Assembly: GCA_023213395.1 (NCBI GenBank)
Contig: CM041465.1
Coordinates: 182,907,741-182,971,740, forward strand
Direction: 5' to 3'
Source of the DNA: Cycas panzhihuaensis
Taxonomy: Eukaryota; Plantae; Cycadophyta
DNA length: 64,000 nucleotides
A program made the translations under genes and the position numbers. Positions 1-14,259 of the stretch are shown here, in pieces; within the stretch, counting starts at the first letter, position 1; each line of letters opens with the position of its first letter. The notes beneath the pieces are model-generated. The model saw only the letters and a list, made by a program, of their open reading frames with translations, was not told the DNA's origin and ran no database searches.

Positions 1-150
1 ATTTTTACACTTTCACCCCAAAATTTATAGTCCAACCACTCGAAATTTATAGGGCAAGCAATTTTTTCTTAAATTCACACTCCAAAAACCATTAATGACA
101 CATCCCAAATCGTTGTTATGATACTAGTTGTAATGAATCGTTATACCAAT

Positions 151-319
151 TGTAATTAACTTGAATCAAAAGAGAGAAATCCAATTGTATATAGTAACAT
201 AAGAGCCAAAATTACATATAAGAGTATAAAAGCATCCCTAATCACATGTATCGATGGACCTCTTCGAGGGGGCAACCTCCAATACATAAGATCACAATAC
301 TTTCAAATGATCCTCACTC

Positions 320-356
<37 letters not shown>

Positions 357-476
357 CTATTAAGATTGCCCATCTCTTGGACTTATGAATATGGGATAAT
401 TACAAGAATAGAAATATAAGATTTGAGAAGAAAAGAGATAAGGGTTGGGTTCTTAACAATTGGAGTCCCACTAACA
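151..476 (-). mobile_element. Probable 5' LTR of a minus-strand LTR retrotransposon running off the left edge
   Basis: TGTAA...CTAACA ends, preceded by ATACCA (143-148, reverse complement of the tRNA-iMet PBS core TGGTAT). No partner LTR in the window; the right end is uncertain (458 or 476). Confidence 0.35.
326..353. repeat. (TA)n microsatellite
   Basis: Direct reading. Confidence 0.95.
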
Positions 477-3400
477 ATTGAAACTTGCAAACATGTAGAA
501 AGTCTTATACTTACTTTAATTATCTAAAATTAGTGTTCATTTTCTATATGATGTGACTCTGTTTTGTTAAATCTAAGCCTAATTTCGTAATTACTTTCTA
601 CTATACAAACTCATACAATTATAATACTCCCAATGATTAATAACCTAAGATATCCAAATGTTATTCACATCTTAGTTTTATATTTTACATTGAAATCAAT
701 CTCTGTGTTTAGTTTATTTTTGAAAGAAGTGAATAACATAATGGAGTTATCAACATATTTCCAAAGATTATTCCATTGAAAAAACCTAAATATTTGATGT
801 TTTTACGTAATATAATTTTTAGGATCTAGTAGCTTTTTTATAATAAAACCCATTATGATTCCTCCACTAACTATTTTTAACTAATAAAACACAAAACATA
901 ACTAAAAAGCAATTAAAACAACATAGAAATAAAGTGCAAAAGTTGTGAAATACTTTAGTCTACATACATATAACTAATATGAGTGGTTTTACTTGATCTA
1001 CTCACAGGTAGTCAAAATTTGGGGAAAGAAAAACTTAAATTTCAATTTTCTTCAAAAATTAACATAAAAGTATTACATGTGACCATTGCTAGAAGATATA
1101 TCTTAAAAAAATAGATGTCATGATATATTTACATGTTGAAAATGGATTTTAGATTAGATAAAAAAGGCCCTAGTACCTTATGTTATATGTGATTAGGGGC
1201 TTACTATCTAGGGGCTTTATTATTAATCTCAAAAATTATAAAATGTGATTTAATGTTATCTAAACTTTATAAAATAAAAAATACTTTTTAACGAAGGTAT
1301 CAAAATAGAATATTTCTTGGAATATTTTGCTACAAACATGATTATGATGATTCCTTCCTCAAAAAATAAGTTTTTAAACTTATTTATGGACATTTCTTTT
1401 TGGATATCTTACTTGTAATATTAGTAATTTATAGTGCATATGTTTGTATATAATTGCACTCTAAAAAAGAAAATGGTCTATGTGTGCCATAAAAGGGCCT
1501 CTCCTTTTGAGAAAATTTCATTTGATGTTGGGCATTTATGTGAGGGATTTTGAGCTTGAATTTTACATGCCATGGCTTGTTTGAGCCCTTCTATGTTGTA
1601 TCATAATGAATCATTATGCTTTTCGTGATGTACTTCATTGTGTGAAGGAATTTTCTCTATCATTTGTTTGTCATCTCAACATTGAAAGATGGAGTATGTG
1701 TGTTGAAGGGATTTCTTCATGAATGACTTGTGTAGGGTTTTTCTATACTCTAAGCATATCACTTCACTTCTTTGTGGTCTATTCATTATCCCATGGTTTA
1801 AGATTTTTGAACGATTATAGTTTATGATATATCACTTAGCATGATATCATGCGCCTTGCTTATTAACAATGGCGACTCTGAAAACCCAATGATGGCTCAC
1901 AATATGTGTATTTATTTTAGATTATTAGCTCATTACTTTTTGAAATGGTGGCATCCATCTTAATGGCAATTCTTTAACATTCAAACAATTGTTGGTTCCA
2001 CTTCATAAATGGCTCTTTAAAATGGTCGCTATCCATTATAATTTCGGGTCACCAATAATGTCATTTCACTCTATTCAATGGTGGCTTCTTGTGCCATTAA
2101 AACACCTATGACACTCTGTGGCATCTATCTATTTAATTTGCTCCATTTAATCATGGCATAAATGCTTCACTTTTAGTGTCTTGTTGAGGTTTTAAAAAAA
2201 CCAGTTGTATGTAGGTGTTTTTTAGCCTATTTTAATCTTAGCTCTAGCTCAACTTTGCTCACTAAAATTGGCTGCTAAATGCTCACTAAATGAGCAATTC
2301 ATTTGATAATTTCATTGGTTTAATATTGCATGAAGTTATAGAAGTCTTTATATTTGTATACATGCAATTTTTAATGTCTTGCATGTCATTAACAAGTTGT
2401 TATGAAGGGGTTTTATATTCACATGTGTGAAGAGGTATCTTTAACTTAATTGAAGATTTTACCCTTGAATTTGATTAAGTGTTTTTGCCTTGTTCTATGA
2501 CATCTCTTCCTTGAAGATTTTAATTAATATATCTACTCAATAGTATTTAGAGGTCTATGTTTGAAAACAAACCTTAATGTAAGTGCTTTTGCTTCAGAGA
2601 GAACATGGAGCCCTATGAGCCTGTTGAAAAATCCCTTTAACATGCATCATCCTTAAAACTATTTAAACAACTAAATAATTCAAACTAATAAATAAATTTA
2701 ACAAATATTACATGAGATTCAAGTAGTCAAACATATAAATATGCTATTTTATAGTAATAAAACAACATATAACAAACCCTAGATCTATGCAACAATCATT
2801 AAAATCAACTAAATTGCACTTAAACTATTATAGTACTATGTAGAACTCAACGCATAGAGTAAACATTATGAGAAGCATAAACCTATGTAACTCCAAAAAG
2901 ACTAATTTGATGAAACTAAAAATACGACTCATTCTCATAAAAATCCTCTCTTTATTATAATGCACAATTAATGTTTACACATAACTCTAAAAGGAATATT
3001 AATTCCCTTATGATTGACAGATGTGAGGAAGGTGGTATAACCCAAAATGACTCACCATTCTCACATTAAAAAGAATTAATAATACCTAAAAATACATGAA
3101 TAAATGGGGAGGCTTATAACTATGAGCTTTGAGCCATATAAATATTAATTATCAACACCCAAGATATGGTGCAATATGCCAAGCCCTAATGTTTGATTAG
3201 CTTGAGAAGATGGTTTAGCTCCACCTAAACCTTTATTCCTAATCACTTATCTACAAAGCAGAAGATTGAAGGACAATTGGGAAGAGCTTTGTTAGAAATG
3301 TGCATGTGGCTACTTTATGTTTAAAAAACATATTATTATGAATTTTTTATATAGTATATAAGACATCAAGTTTTAAGAGCTCCAAGGTCAACTATAAGGA

Positions 3401-3499
3401 AGAAGGGAGATGTTTGGCATTACCAAGAAGGGCCATATTCTAACTAAGAAGTTTTGAGGTGGTTGGGGATAGGAGTCTATTGACTAAGTTCCATGCTAA

Positions 3500-6400
3500 G
3501 TAATCAAAGGGACACCACTAGAATAGGTGGGTCAATCTTACTTTCTACTAATAGAAGGTGCAAGCCACATCATAATGACCCATCTTTGAGAGTTGCTCTT
3601 TGATTGCCAACACATCATGTATAAGGGACTAGCTGAAGAATTATTTTTTTAGTTCCACAAGGGCATGCCAGAGTCACTTAAAATGATGCTTCTACATTAA
3701 CTCATTACAATTAAATCTCCATATGACATTTAATTTAGTGGCCATCCTATCACTCTCCATGAGATAGAAGTACATGTGTGATACTATAAATCCTTTGAAC
3801 ATCTTTGAATGGAAACATGCCTAGCCATATCATCACTTATTACTTTCTATCATGGAATGATTTGAGATTAATTTTATTGAGAGTTGATTATAAAATTCCT
3901 TAATGATGTACTTATTAGAGTTTTCAAGGTTGAATTCCCTCATGATAATCATCCATTCCTTTATCAGGTATAAGCCTTGTTAAATAAATGCTCCACTTTG
4001 GTAAGTTATTTCTTATATAATTTATTAGCTTCAAACTACTAAATTTAACTAAGCCGTTTATTATCCTACTTTAATAGTGGTGATCACTAAATCAATTGAT
4101 TTATAAAGGACAATTCCCTTCTTGACTCACTACCTCTCTAACTTTATAGGCCATTGTAACTTTCCTATCTTGTCCAGATAGATTCGAATAAAAGTGATCC
4201 CACCACCTTTACTTGAATGGGTGGGATGAGAGTGTCCTACATGGATAGTGAAAATTTGTGTTTACTACATGGATTAGTTTGTACCACATTATATTTGACT
4301 AGAATTTTTTAGGGGTCATCTTTATCCATAACTCTAACAAGCCACTTAACACAAAGTGCTCAAACTTGAAGTCTAATGTCAATGAGACCTAGTCCCTTTG
4401 GTGCATAGGTTTGCAATGTGTTTTCCAATTAACCCTATAAAATCCTCTCTTTCCTTCAAGGTTTGACCATAGAAGATTTTTGACCATCTTAATAAGCTTA
4501 TTATATTTCACATTAGAAAGCACTTAACACAAAGAGGAGTAGACATAGGTCACTGTAAAGACTTTAGAGCATATCTGATACTTCTTGACAAGGGACAAAA
4601 AATTAAATAACCATGAGGTAAGCTTCTTTTCCATATAACTCAACACACACTCCCATGTTTTTGCTAGGGAAGTTTTGAATCCAAGGGGAATACTAAGAAA
4701 TCTAAACACTTAGCCAAGTTTGATCTATTGCCATTCATAGGAAGTAAGTCAATCTAGGATATTAACAGTTGATTATAAGTAGTAAGTTGACTTCTTCATG
4801 TTGATTTTGGACCCTAATATTGTACAAAAGGCATCAACTACTCTTAGTGCTTGGTTAATTAAACAGGGTTTTGCCTTAATGTAAATGAATATGTCATCTA
4901 TAAAGTAGCCATTGATTAATTGTCTCTCCCCACTTTGTATAGATATGTCTCTAAGCATCCCAAAGTCATCCTTCTCTTAGAGCAAATGACCTAATGCATC
5001 TACAACCATTACAAAGAGAAATGGTGCTAGTAGATAGCCTTATCAAACTAATCATTAGAGTTGAATTGGCTTAAATAAGGCTCCATTAACTAGAATTTTG
5101 GTTAAAGCATTAGTGAATAATGTGATGACAATTCTTAAGAAACTATCACCAAAGCTTAATGGCTACAAAGCTTCCAAAATGTATCCCCACTCCACATAAT
5201 CATAAGTCTTTTTCAAATCTAGATTTAGAAATATAGCTTTATGTTCCATTTCTCTAGCCTATTTTATACCTTCAGTAACACTAATTATGGCATCTAGTAT
5301 AGATATTCCCTTGATAAAGCCCATTTTCTTAGGTCTAATAATTTTCATAAGCAGGTTTTTGATACACAGGGCAAAATCCTTTGCAAGAATTTTATATAAA
5401 ACATTTAACAACATAACGAGTCTTTGGTTGAAAATCGAATCTGGTTCACTACCTTTGGGGATGACCTTGATGGAACCCTGATTGATTATTTTCCTAAGTG
5501 CCCTAGCTTGGATTGATTCCCAGTATATTTCGAGTAAGAAAGGTCTAATCAAATCCCAAGTGGCCTTATAAAATTCATAATGGAAACCATTAAGACCTGA
5601 GAACTTGTCATTGGCCATTGCTTAAATTACCTTTATTAATTATACAAGTATGAGTGGGTATCATAAATCACTTTCTATGTTTTAGGGGCCTTCCTTAGAA
5701 TGGATGACAAGCACTCTTTCCTAGCATCCCCTACATTCAAAAGATGGGGCTACACTTTGAAAACTTAGGAATAGTAATTAACCATTTTCTCTAATATTTC
5801 CTACATGAATATAAATCATTTATCCTTGACTTTAATAACACTTATTTCTTTTACTATTTTGCTTATGAGTCAAGGATTGGAAGAAGAATTTGGAACACTT
5901 ATCTCCCTCCTTAATCCAATGCATCCTTGCTCTGATGTTGGCCCCTTATGCTTTTTTAATTTCAAAGGCTTTTAAAGCATGAGATAGATCTATAACCATC
6001 TTCTACTTTTCTTTATTAAATGGGTTCCTTTTAAGCTCTTGTCTTGCATCCACGAACTTCTTAGCATTGGAGCAATCCAGACATCTCCCTCTCAGAGCCA
6101 CCTGCTTGCCATATTCCTTAAGAAAGGAAGTTATATAGGCTATTGTCTCCTCCGACTAACTAATCTATCCCTTGCCCTTAATTGACTATGGGATGGCTCT
6201 TTCTTTCTCCCAAATGATGCTCAAAGTGATGGGATGGTGGTCAGATAAAAGGTCATCATTCATAACCCCGATTTATCAGGCAAAGCCTTGGAGAAATCTA
6301 AAATATTTATCAAAGGACAATATTGCCTTACCATGTCTCTTAAGGATTCTATCCTTATTATGTTTAGATTTGGACTAAGTGAACCAAGGGTTGTGTCCTT

Positions 6401-6956
6401 CCCTCCTTCCCAAAAATATTAGGACTATAAAGGCCAAACTTATTCTTAAAGGGCAACCATTTGTCCTTTCATCATATTGCCATCTAAATGGTCTTCCTTT
6501 CATCTTATCATTTAGGGCTTATATCATGTTGAAATCTCCACATACCACTTGTGTAACATTAGTCAAGTCTGTATATAGCTAGCTCCAAAGGTTGGCCCTT
6601 TCATTAGGAAGGTTAAGTACATAAGTAATGCAAATAATAAACAACTTGTTGTCGTGTTTAATAACAAGCCATTCATGTTGATTATGGGGGTTTGATTCAT
6701 ACATAGAAACATTCTTACTCCACTAAGGCTTGAGAAGGATAATCACACCACCCTGCTTCTCATCATGAGTAATGTACAAGGGGATGACATCATTCTAGAT
6801 ATACATAGCAACAAAACTAAGCTTACTATTAGAACACTTAACTTCCTACAGGTAAATGACATCTAAACTTACAAACCTATTGTGAAATTTCTTGATCATT
6901 ATGCATTTAAACTAGTCAAATATACTCTTGACATTCTAATTAATTATATTTATCAT
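3500..6956 (-). pseudogene. LINE ORF2 (AP endonuclease + reverse transcriptase), many stops/frameshifts
   Basis: Starts MINIIN*NVKSI (SWNVRG-like EN motif). RT motifs: KFSGLNGFHYEFYKATW, LLNVLYKILAK, GFIKGISILD, LDLKKTYD, FIDD, GSKINMKKS, FRFLSIPLG. Confidence 0.9.
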
Positions 6957-7982
6957 GGGTTTCTTCTACATCCATGCTACCACACTCCCTATTTGGAATG
7001 TCACGTAATAAGAAAATCTTGTTGAACATATGGGAGCTACTTGAAGATTTGCATCACTTAATGACTAGGTTAGAGAAGGCTTTGGTACAAACTTCCTTCT
7101 CCTCCTCTATCCTCCCCTTAGCCCTAGGAGTCTTTTAGGGATATTAGATTGGGTGTGACTAAGGGAGGCTTTAAAACATTGGTTTAAAAACCTTTTTCTT
7201 ACCCTTCTCACCACCCAGTAGTTGCAACTCTTTCTTCATGGAGTTTAGCTTTAATTATGATGTTGCTTTTGCCACTGTGAATTACTATTTGGGCTTGGGC
7301 TTGTTAATAGCCTTCTTATGGGCAACCTTGATCTAACCATTCGAGCTTTTTACCATAGGCTTTAAACTCTCAGACTTAGTTGGGCTTTGGTATTCCACTG
7401 GTTTATTTAAGGGGTATTCCTTTACCTTATGATCTCTAGAGTGGCATCTAAAATAAGAGTTGGAAATATTAAGATACAACATCTTTTGCTTAAGAATAAC
7501 ATCATCACACTATATTTGTATGTATTTCAATAGACTTTTAAGTAGGTGAACCCTAACATAAGCCTAGATGTTGGGCCTTAAGGAGAATTCTCTATGGAAT
7601 TTTTAGGGATAGAAAATCACCTAATGGCTATGTGAGCTCCTTCATAAAGAGCTAGTAGTGCATTAGAAGACCTAAGAATTTAACCCATATTGAGCATTTA
7701 AATGCTATATGTATATTGATAAAGAGGTCTAGATCCTAATAGTAAAAAACTACCAAATGCCATAGGCACATCCATGGGTCTCTACACATCACTTGTTATG
7801 AGGCTTCTAGAGATTTAAAGATGAAGGAAAAAAAATCCCTTTAATAGGTTTTAGATGGTAACTATTTTCCACTAGAAATCTTCAATGGTTGACTTAGCCC
7901 ACTCTTATATGATAATTTTTGGTACCGTTTGACCTAAAAAATGCATTATCAATGTTTGGAAATAAACTTCATACAAAGCATT

Positions 7983-8396
7983 TGTTGGAAAATATACTAG
8001 TAGGAGAACATGGTAGAACGTATATCAAATAACCATGAACCAATATTGCATCAATACATCAATGTATCATAATCACAATAGCATAAAGCATAAACCATGA
8101 GAGCATTATTGTTCAATCCATTGTAGCAGAAATGAGCATTACAAATTTCTCAAATGTTGGAGGTGGTGTCTAAAGACACCAGGGTTGTATACCCCATAAT
8201 ATAAATAGTTTTGGGGGAGGAGGGAAACTCCTCAACCCTTGAATTCAAATTAATATTAAAATAATCTAACTTAACTCAAATAAACTAACTTAACTTACTT
8301 TAACTTACCTTGATATGTTGAGCATTACATGTGTAAATTGAGGTGTATAATCCTGGTAGGTAAGAGGGAGTTGAGTGATGACATTACACTCTAACA
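7983..8396 (-). repeat. 3' LTR of element N
   Basis: TGTTGG...CTAACA ends, adjacent to the PPT. Confidence 0.93.
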
Positions 8397-8571
8397 TTCC
8401 CCCCTTTAATGTCAGCACGAACATTTATATCTTTTCTTTTAACTTATGGAACTGGTACTTGAAAAAAATTTTAAAATTCTGATCTTGATCTTTATCAACT
8501 CTTCTCACCCTTATAGCCACATATGTCTCTTTATCATGGAATGATGTAAAAAAACTATAAGTAGATAAAAC

Positions 8572-9141
8572 TTAATTCAAATATAAATGAATAGCTGTAA
8601 TTTTGACGTTGTCAATTGGAACATTAAGAAGGCTTTGAACTTGAATTTTTATAATCTTTATGCTTTGAACAACTGTCATATCATCAGGTTCATTATTCGT
8701 TATATCATCACATTCATTCTTCATTATGTCATAAGATTCATCTTCATTCTCCCCCTTAAATGGAGGATCAAATCCTTGTGCAACAAGGTGGTCCTGCATT
8801 TGATCTGAATCCTCATGGGTGTTGTTGTCATGATCTACCTGTTCTGTTACCTGTCTCATATGCTCATCAAATACATAGAGGGTATCTCCCCTATAAATGG
8901 AAATCAATATATCCCAAACTGATTTAGATGTTGTCAAATCACATACCTTTAAAAAAATTTCATCATTCATAGTACAAAACAATAAACCCAACGCTTCATT
9001 ATCCTTTTGAATATATTCTTTAATGCTAACATCATAATCATATTGCAAATATTTCTACAAATCATGTTCAATAAAATAGTTTCTCATAGTGTTATTCCAT
9101 TGTGCAAAATTTTGGCTATCAAAAATAGGGAATTGAGTCAT
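8572..9141 (-). pseudogene. Truncated copia gag with acidic tail (one internal TAG)
   Basis: MTQFPIFDSQNFAQWNNTMRNYFIEHDL*K...KDNEALGLLFCTMNDEIF..TSKSVWDIL, homologous to the element B gag (KDNEALALIFCALEDNVF). Confidence 0.85.
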
Positions 9142-10539
9142 TTTATCAAATAACTTTAGTATGCAAAATGAATATGCTTTAACAAGTTAAAATACCAATA
9201 AATCAATGAATATATATGATTTCAAATGCCCTTTAGAAAGTTAATCAACTAAGCATAATAAGGAAATAATCTTTTTAAAAATGATAAAAGAACTTTTCGA
9301 TATAGGTATGTCTTTCAAATAAACCTTGAGATAAAGTGAATATAAGAGCACATATAAAGATCTTTTGCCTTAATAATAATGTAAAATGCTGAAAATGAAA
9401 TATATAAAAGTATTTTTTACTTTGAAAAAATAACAATATAAAGCAATTTTTAATAAAAAATTAATATGCTCCTTAAAAGAAGGTTTGAATGATAACCTTA
9501 GGTTTGAGGGATTCAAAAGTATATTAAATGATATCAGAATGATATAAAACTTTACGAGTATAAAGATAAACAAAATGTGAACCCAATCTGAATCGACTGC
9601 TCAAAACAGTTCCTAGAAATCAAGTTTTAGTGAATCAAAGGTACAAGCCTTGTTTTAAAGCTAAATAGGAGCAGGGGGTCAAAATGCTAACAAAATACTT
9701 ATAGAATGCTGTAAGGTGATCAAATATTATTTATAAAATTGTTTAATGTACTTTTAATTAAAATTTTTAAAAAAATATATTAAAAAATGTGTAAAAATAA
9801 CAGAAGAGAAATTATGTCAAATCGAAGAGAACTGAGTCAGCTTCCCAACGAAACTAACAGAATTGAAATCTGATACAAAATAAAAAAGTTATAGTAAAAA
9901 TGGTAATAGGTGTCTTTATGTAAAAATGTTAAGAAACAAGCTAAAAACAACTAAATTCCTACTTTTAGGGACTAAAATACTAATAAAAATAAATTTAAAA
10001 AATTAAAATAAGAAGTGGGTATTGAAGTTTGTAGAACGTAGATCGCTATAGAAGAAATCTGGGTAGAAAGTAATTTACCAGTAATAAATTATAGCCAGTT
10101 CTAAAAGTGATTTTGTTAAAAGTGTGAAAAATGCTAAAATTTTGAATGCCTGGCGTTGAAATGGCCGAAACAGGGTCAAATCGGCACCAAATTGGTCATA
10201 TGACCAGTTAAAATTAGTGTACAGAAATTTTTTGATCTAATAGAAGTGGTTTCGTCAGAAACTGATGCTCTAGCAAAGAGTTATGGCAAAAAAAATGTCA
10301 ATAACCCTATAAAAAATGAAAAATAAAAAAAAAATAAAAGGAAAACGTTAATAAAAAAATGAAAAAACCTCTTTAAAGATGACTACTGGTCACGTGATGG
10401 CTTGATAGAACTGGGAGGCTAGAAATAAACCCTTTAAAACTCCAGATTTAAAAAATTATATAATAAATTTAATTTTTTTAAAACTTTATGTTAAAATTAT
10501 AAAAAACAATGAAATGAAAATACCGCCGTAATGTGCAGA

Positions 10540-10951
10540 TTAGAAAATATACTAGCAGGAGGACAGGGCAGAACATATATTAAATAACCATGAACCAATA
10601 TTGCATCAATATATCAATGTATCACAATCAAAATAACATAAAACATAAATCATGAGAGCATTATTGTTCAATCCATTGTAGCAGAAATAAGCATTACAAA
10701 TTTCTCAAATGTTGGAGGCGGTGTCTAAAGACACCAGGGTTGTACACCCCATAATATAAATAGTTTTGGGGGAAGAGGGAAACTCCTCAACCCCTGAATT
10801 CAAATTAATAATAAAATAATGTAACTTAACTCAAATAAACTAACTCAACTTACCTTAACTTACATTGACATGTTGAGCATCACATGTGTAAATTGAGGTG
10901 CACAATCCTGGTAGGTAAGAGGGAGTTGAGTGATGACATTACACTCTAACA
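10540..10951 (-). repeat. 5' LTR of element N (inner TG and PBS deleted)
   Basis: Direct repeat of 7985-8396. Confidence 0.92.
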
Positions 10952-12399
10952 GCATTAGAAATAATATTAATATTACAAGAGACCGTTAGAAAATATGACT
11001 CACCTCGTCAAAGACCTTAGGGATAAATTTCCTGGCTCACTTCAATGTCATTATCCCCTTATAGACTAAATAATAAAGAAGAAAGTGCTCTATAATGGCT
11101 TTCTCTGATCACTTTTACAAAGGATTGATTATTTCCTAGGAAGATCATAATGGCTCATAGTTTGAAATAAGCTAGTTTGATTAACTTCATTGAAAGGACA
11201 AAACCCTAAATAACACTAAATGCAAGTGTAGCAACAATGCTTTTTAGAAATAACTCACATATATAGGGACCTATAGACTATGGCTTCACTCTTGCTCTCT
11301 CAAAGTTCTCCTGATCAGGCTCTTCCCCTGCTCGGCTTCCACCAACCTTCTTTGTTATATTTTTCCTTAGTAGATTTGTTAGAAATTTCCTAAGTATAGT
11401 AGAAATGCTACTAGAATTTCTATTAACCTATCATCTTTTAAATAATCTTTTGATTACTTATGTATTTGATGTAGGTGCTTTTCAAGATGTTAATAGATTC
11501 AGTTTCATTGTTATTAGTCCTACATTCACATCCTTACCATAATTACTTTGGTTTTGAGCTAATTCATTCATCTATTGAAACAAAGCATTTGATTGGAGTA
11601 TTAGAGTAAAGAAATAAAAACAAAAAACATAATCCCTAAACATGCAATGAAATTTTTAGGTGCATGTTTGCTTCACATTCACATATGTTAACTATTTAAT
11701 TGTTTGTTTATTTATTTTTTCCTCCTTTTAAAAGAAAAGAAATCATGATTTCAATTCATAAGTTAGAGTTATGTATAACTATAGGTAAAGTTTCCCTTTC
11801 AATTTTTTTTGTTTGTGCATGTTGGTTGCTTGAATGCTTGAATATTTTAGTTTTCCTTATTCTCTAGTTAATTAGCATCTAATTGCTTATTTCCATTCTA
11901 AGTTACTCTTTAATTAAAACTCACATATTATTTATTTATTTATTTTTATACTTCTATTTCTTAGATTAATTTTGATCTTGGGAGGGGAGGGCTATTCTCT
12001 AAATCACATGCAATTTAGAGAATATATGACCACCTTATATATTGATTATATTTTCTCTCTCACTCTTTTCAAATGGGCCATATTTTTAGAGGAGGGATCA
12101 ATTTACTTTAATGAGTAGTCTAATCTTGCATCTTAAAAGAAGATGGTTCCTAGTTCTTCACTTGAACCTTGTATGAGGTAGTTGGGTGCAGTAGTCTTAA
12201 TTAGCAAGAGTCCCTTGTAATTTATCTACTAGATTAGGTGTTACCTATGTTTTAGTTACCTCATATTTAGTTAAGTTAGTCCCTGTCTCTGAGTCTAGTA
12301 TTTAGGATCTCAATTAACCTACTTCTTTTAGTATCTATTTTCTTTTTGTTATTTTTTTTATTATCTTGATTTAGTTACTTTATTTATTTAATTTTTGCT

Positions 12400-14240
12400 T
12401 TAGTTAGAATTCTAAGTTCTAGACATTCTTTTGAGTAATAAGCATGCACACCTGTGATGCCTATTGGATAGGCCATTTGTGAGTTCTCTAGATTGCCTAA
12501 GGTTCTTTATGAGGACCTCTCTAGTGAGAAACAATGTGTATTTAGAATATAAAGAAGATCAACAATGACATATAACTTATTAATTAGCTTGATGCTACAT
12601 TGCACGAGGCCACAATGGCCTAGTTTCAAATGATTGAATCATTTTTAGAGGGGGTATCAAGATGATCTAAATCAATTCATGGTATGATTTAGGGATGAAA
12701 GAATGATGCCTTAGTGATTCATAGTCTTGACATGTGGTAGAAATCTTTAGAATTAGTGAAAGATTATGATGGGCATTTGCAACTATTAGTAGTTAGGATG
12801 AAGGATAAGCCCAACGATGGCCAATTTTTATATTGGTTCATAGAGGGGATATTACCTAGATTTCAAGATAAACTTAAGGTAGTTTTTATAAAAACTTATA
12901 AGGGTGCTCTAAAGAGAGCCATGCAATTTGAGTAGTAACACGAGGGGACAATGGCCCAAGAATGTAAGGATAAAGATGTTAGCTATGGTAATGACTTAGA
13001 AATAATCCACAAGGCTTTTATAAGTTGTAAAAGGACCTTACATAAGCAATTTCTACATTAGTTATACAACTATGGTGCCCTATATTGGAAAGAATCAACA
13101 TGTAGTGTTTAAAACTATGGACATTACTAGGATTTAAAAAAATAATGCCAAAAGAGGATAACTAGATTGCCTCAGCCAAAAAATCACCAACATTATAATA
13201 TATATAAAAAATATATTAGGAAAACCACTGTGTACTACCTATTCTACATGAAGTATACTAGGCCATCATTAAAATGCAACATTAGTGGGGGCAAAGATTA
13301 TTTTTTAAAGACAAACAAAGATTTCCATAATAAAGACCTCCTCCAAAATAACTTACCTAAAAATACTTAATGTGTGGTAAGCAGGGCCATATCAAATGAT
13401 ATTGGCCCTTTGTGAACAAAATTGGTGGCAAGTTGTTTGAAGATTATGGACCAAGGAATCATGATACTACACACTACACATTATTGAAAGTTCACCACTA
13501 TGAAGCTTGTTCATAGAGAATTTGGTAGCAAATATTACATTTTGGGATTGATCCCCTATAGTAGTAAAGAAATTTACTCCCCATAGTTAGAGGAAGAATA
13601 TTTGAACCCAATGGAAGAAAAAACTCAACTTGCATAAGACATTCAAATACTATAGTAGCAACAACTTGCCATGAGGGAATAGGGGTAAGAGATTCTAAGT
13701 GTAGTGAACCATACCATTACTTCACTATAAGAAGTGGTGGAGAACTAAATAGAGTCTAAAGATAATCAAGATGTTGTATAACCCTCAAGCAGAGTAGAGA
13801 AAGATCTAATTTTATGTAAAGGTCAAGCTTGTGCTTATAACATGTAATAAAATAATATTTTTATCACTGAATTTCTTAAAGAGGTTAATCATCCCTTTGA
13901 GCTAAGAATAATTTGGCACCTATAGTGGAGGGATGATCAATTCCTTTGGAAAGGTTGGATGACAATATGAAGGATTAATGAGAGGTACCATAGTAGAAAT
14001 AACAAATAACCTTATGACATCATATTCCATTGGGAGAGATCTTAAATTATGAGGAGTGTTAGTCTATAAAGGAGAATTCCCTTGAAAGGAATATTGAGAT
14101 ACCATTAAAATGGGGGAGAGGTATACTACAATAATTTAGGATGCATAAGATGAGGAAAATCAAGGATAATGAGCCTAGAGTGTGGGCCTAATTTTAGGTC
14201 TATGAAATGCCTAGGATAGTGGTAGATAATGGATTGGGTA
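12400..14240 (+). mobile_element. Highly degenerate Ty3/gypsy-like remnant(s)
   Basis: Stop-ridden gag-like stretch with a knuckle-like LKCNISGGKD; PBS-like TTTGGCACC near 13912. Weak evidence. Confidence 0.3.
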
Positions 14241-14259
14241 TTAAAATCCTTTCTTTTAC

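Larger units (their letters stand above)
7983..10951 (-). mobile_element. Element N: non-autonomous copia-type LTR element carrying gag only (TR-GAG-like)
   Basis: LTRs 7983-8396 and 10540-10951 (~27 differences in ~412 nt). TSD GCATT at 7978-7982 and 10952-10956. PPT at 8397-8409. PBS missing. No intact pol. Confidence 0.93.
6960..11160 (-). pseudogene. LINE ORF1 (DUF4283-like region + CCHC knuckle), split by the insertion at 7983-10951
   Basis: LIMHFLG..EWAKS..LLKGFFF near 7830-7960; FRCHSRDHKVKEYP knuckle near 7410-7455. Confidence 0.65.
3343..11390 (-). mobile_element. Decayed L1-clade LINE, near full length, interrupted by copia element N
   Basis: ORF1 and ORF2 remnants lie in the correct order, and ORF1 continues across the N insertion (TSD GCATT). 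Both ends are approximate. Confidence 0.85.
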
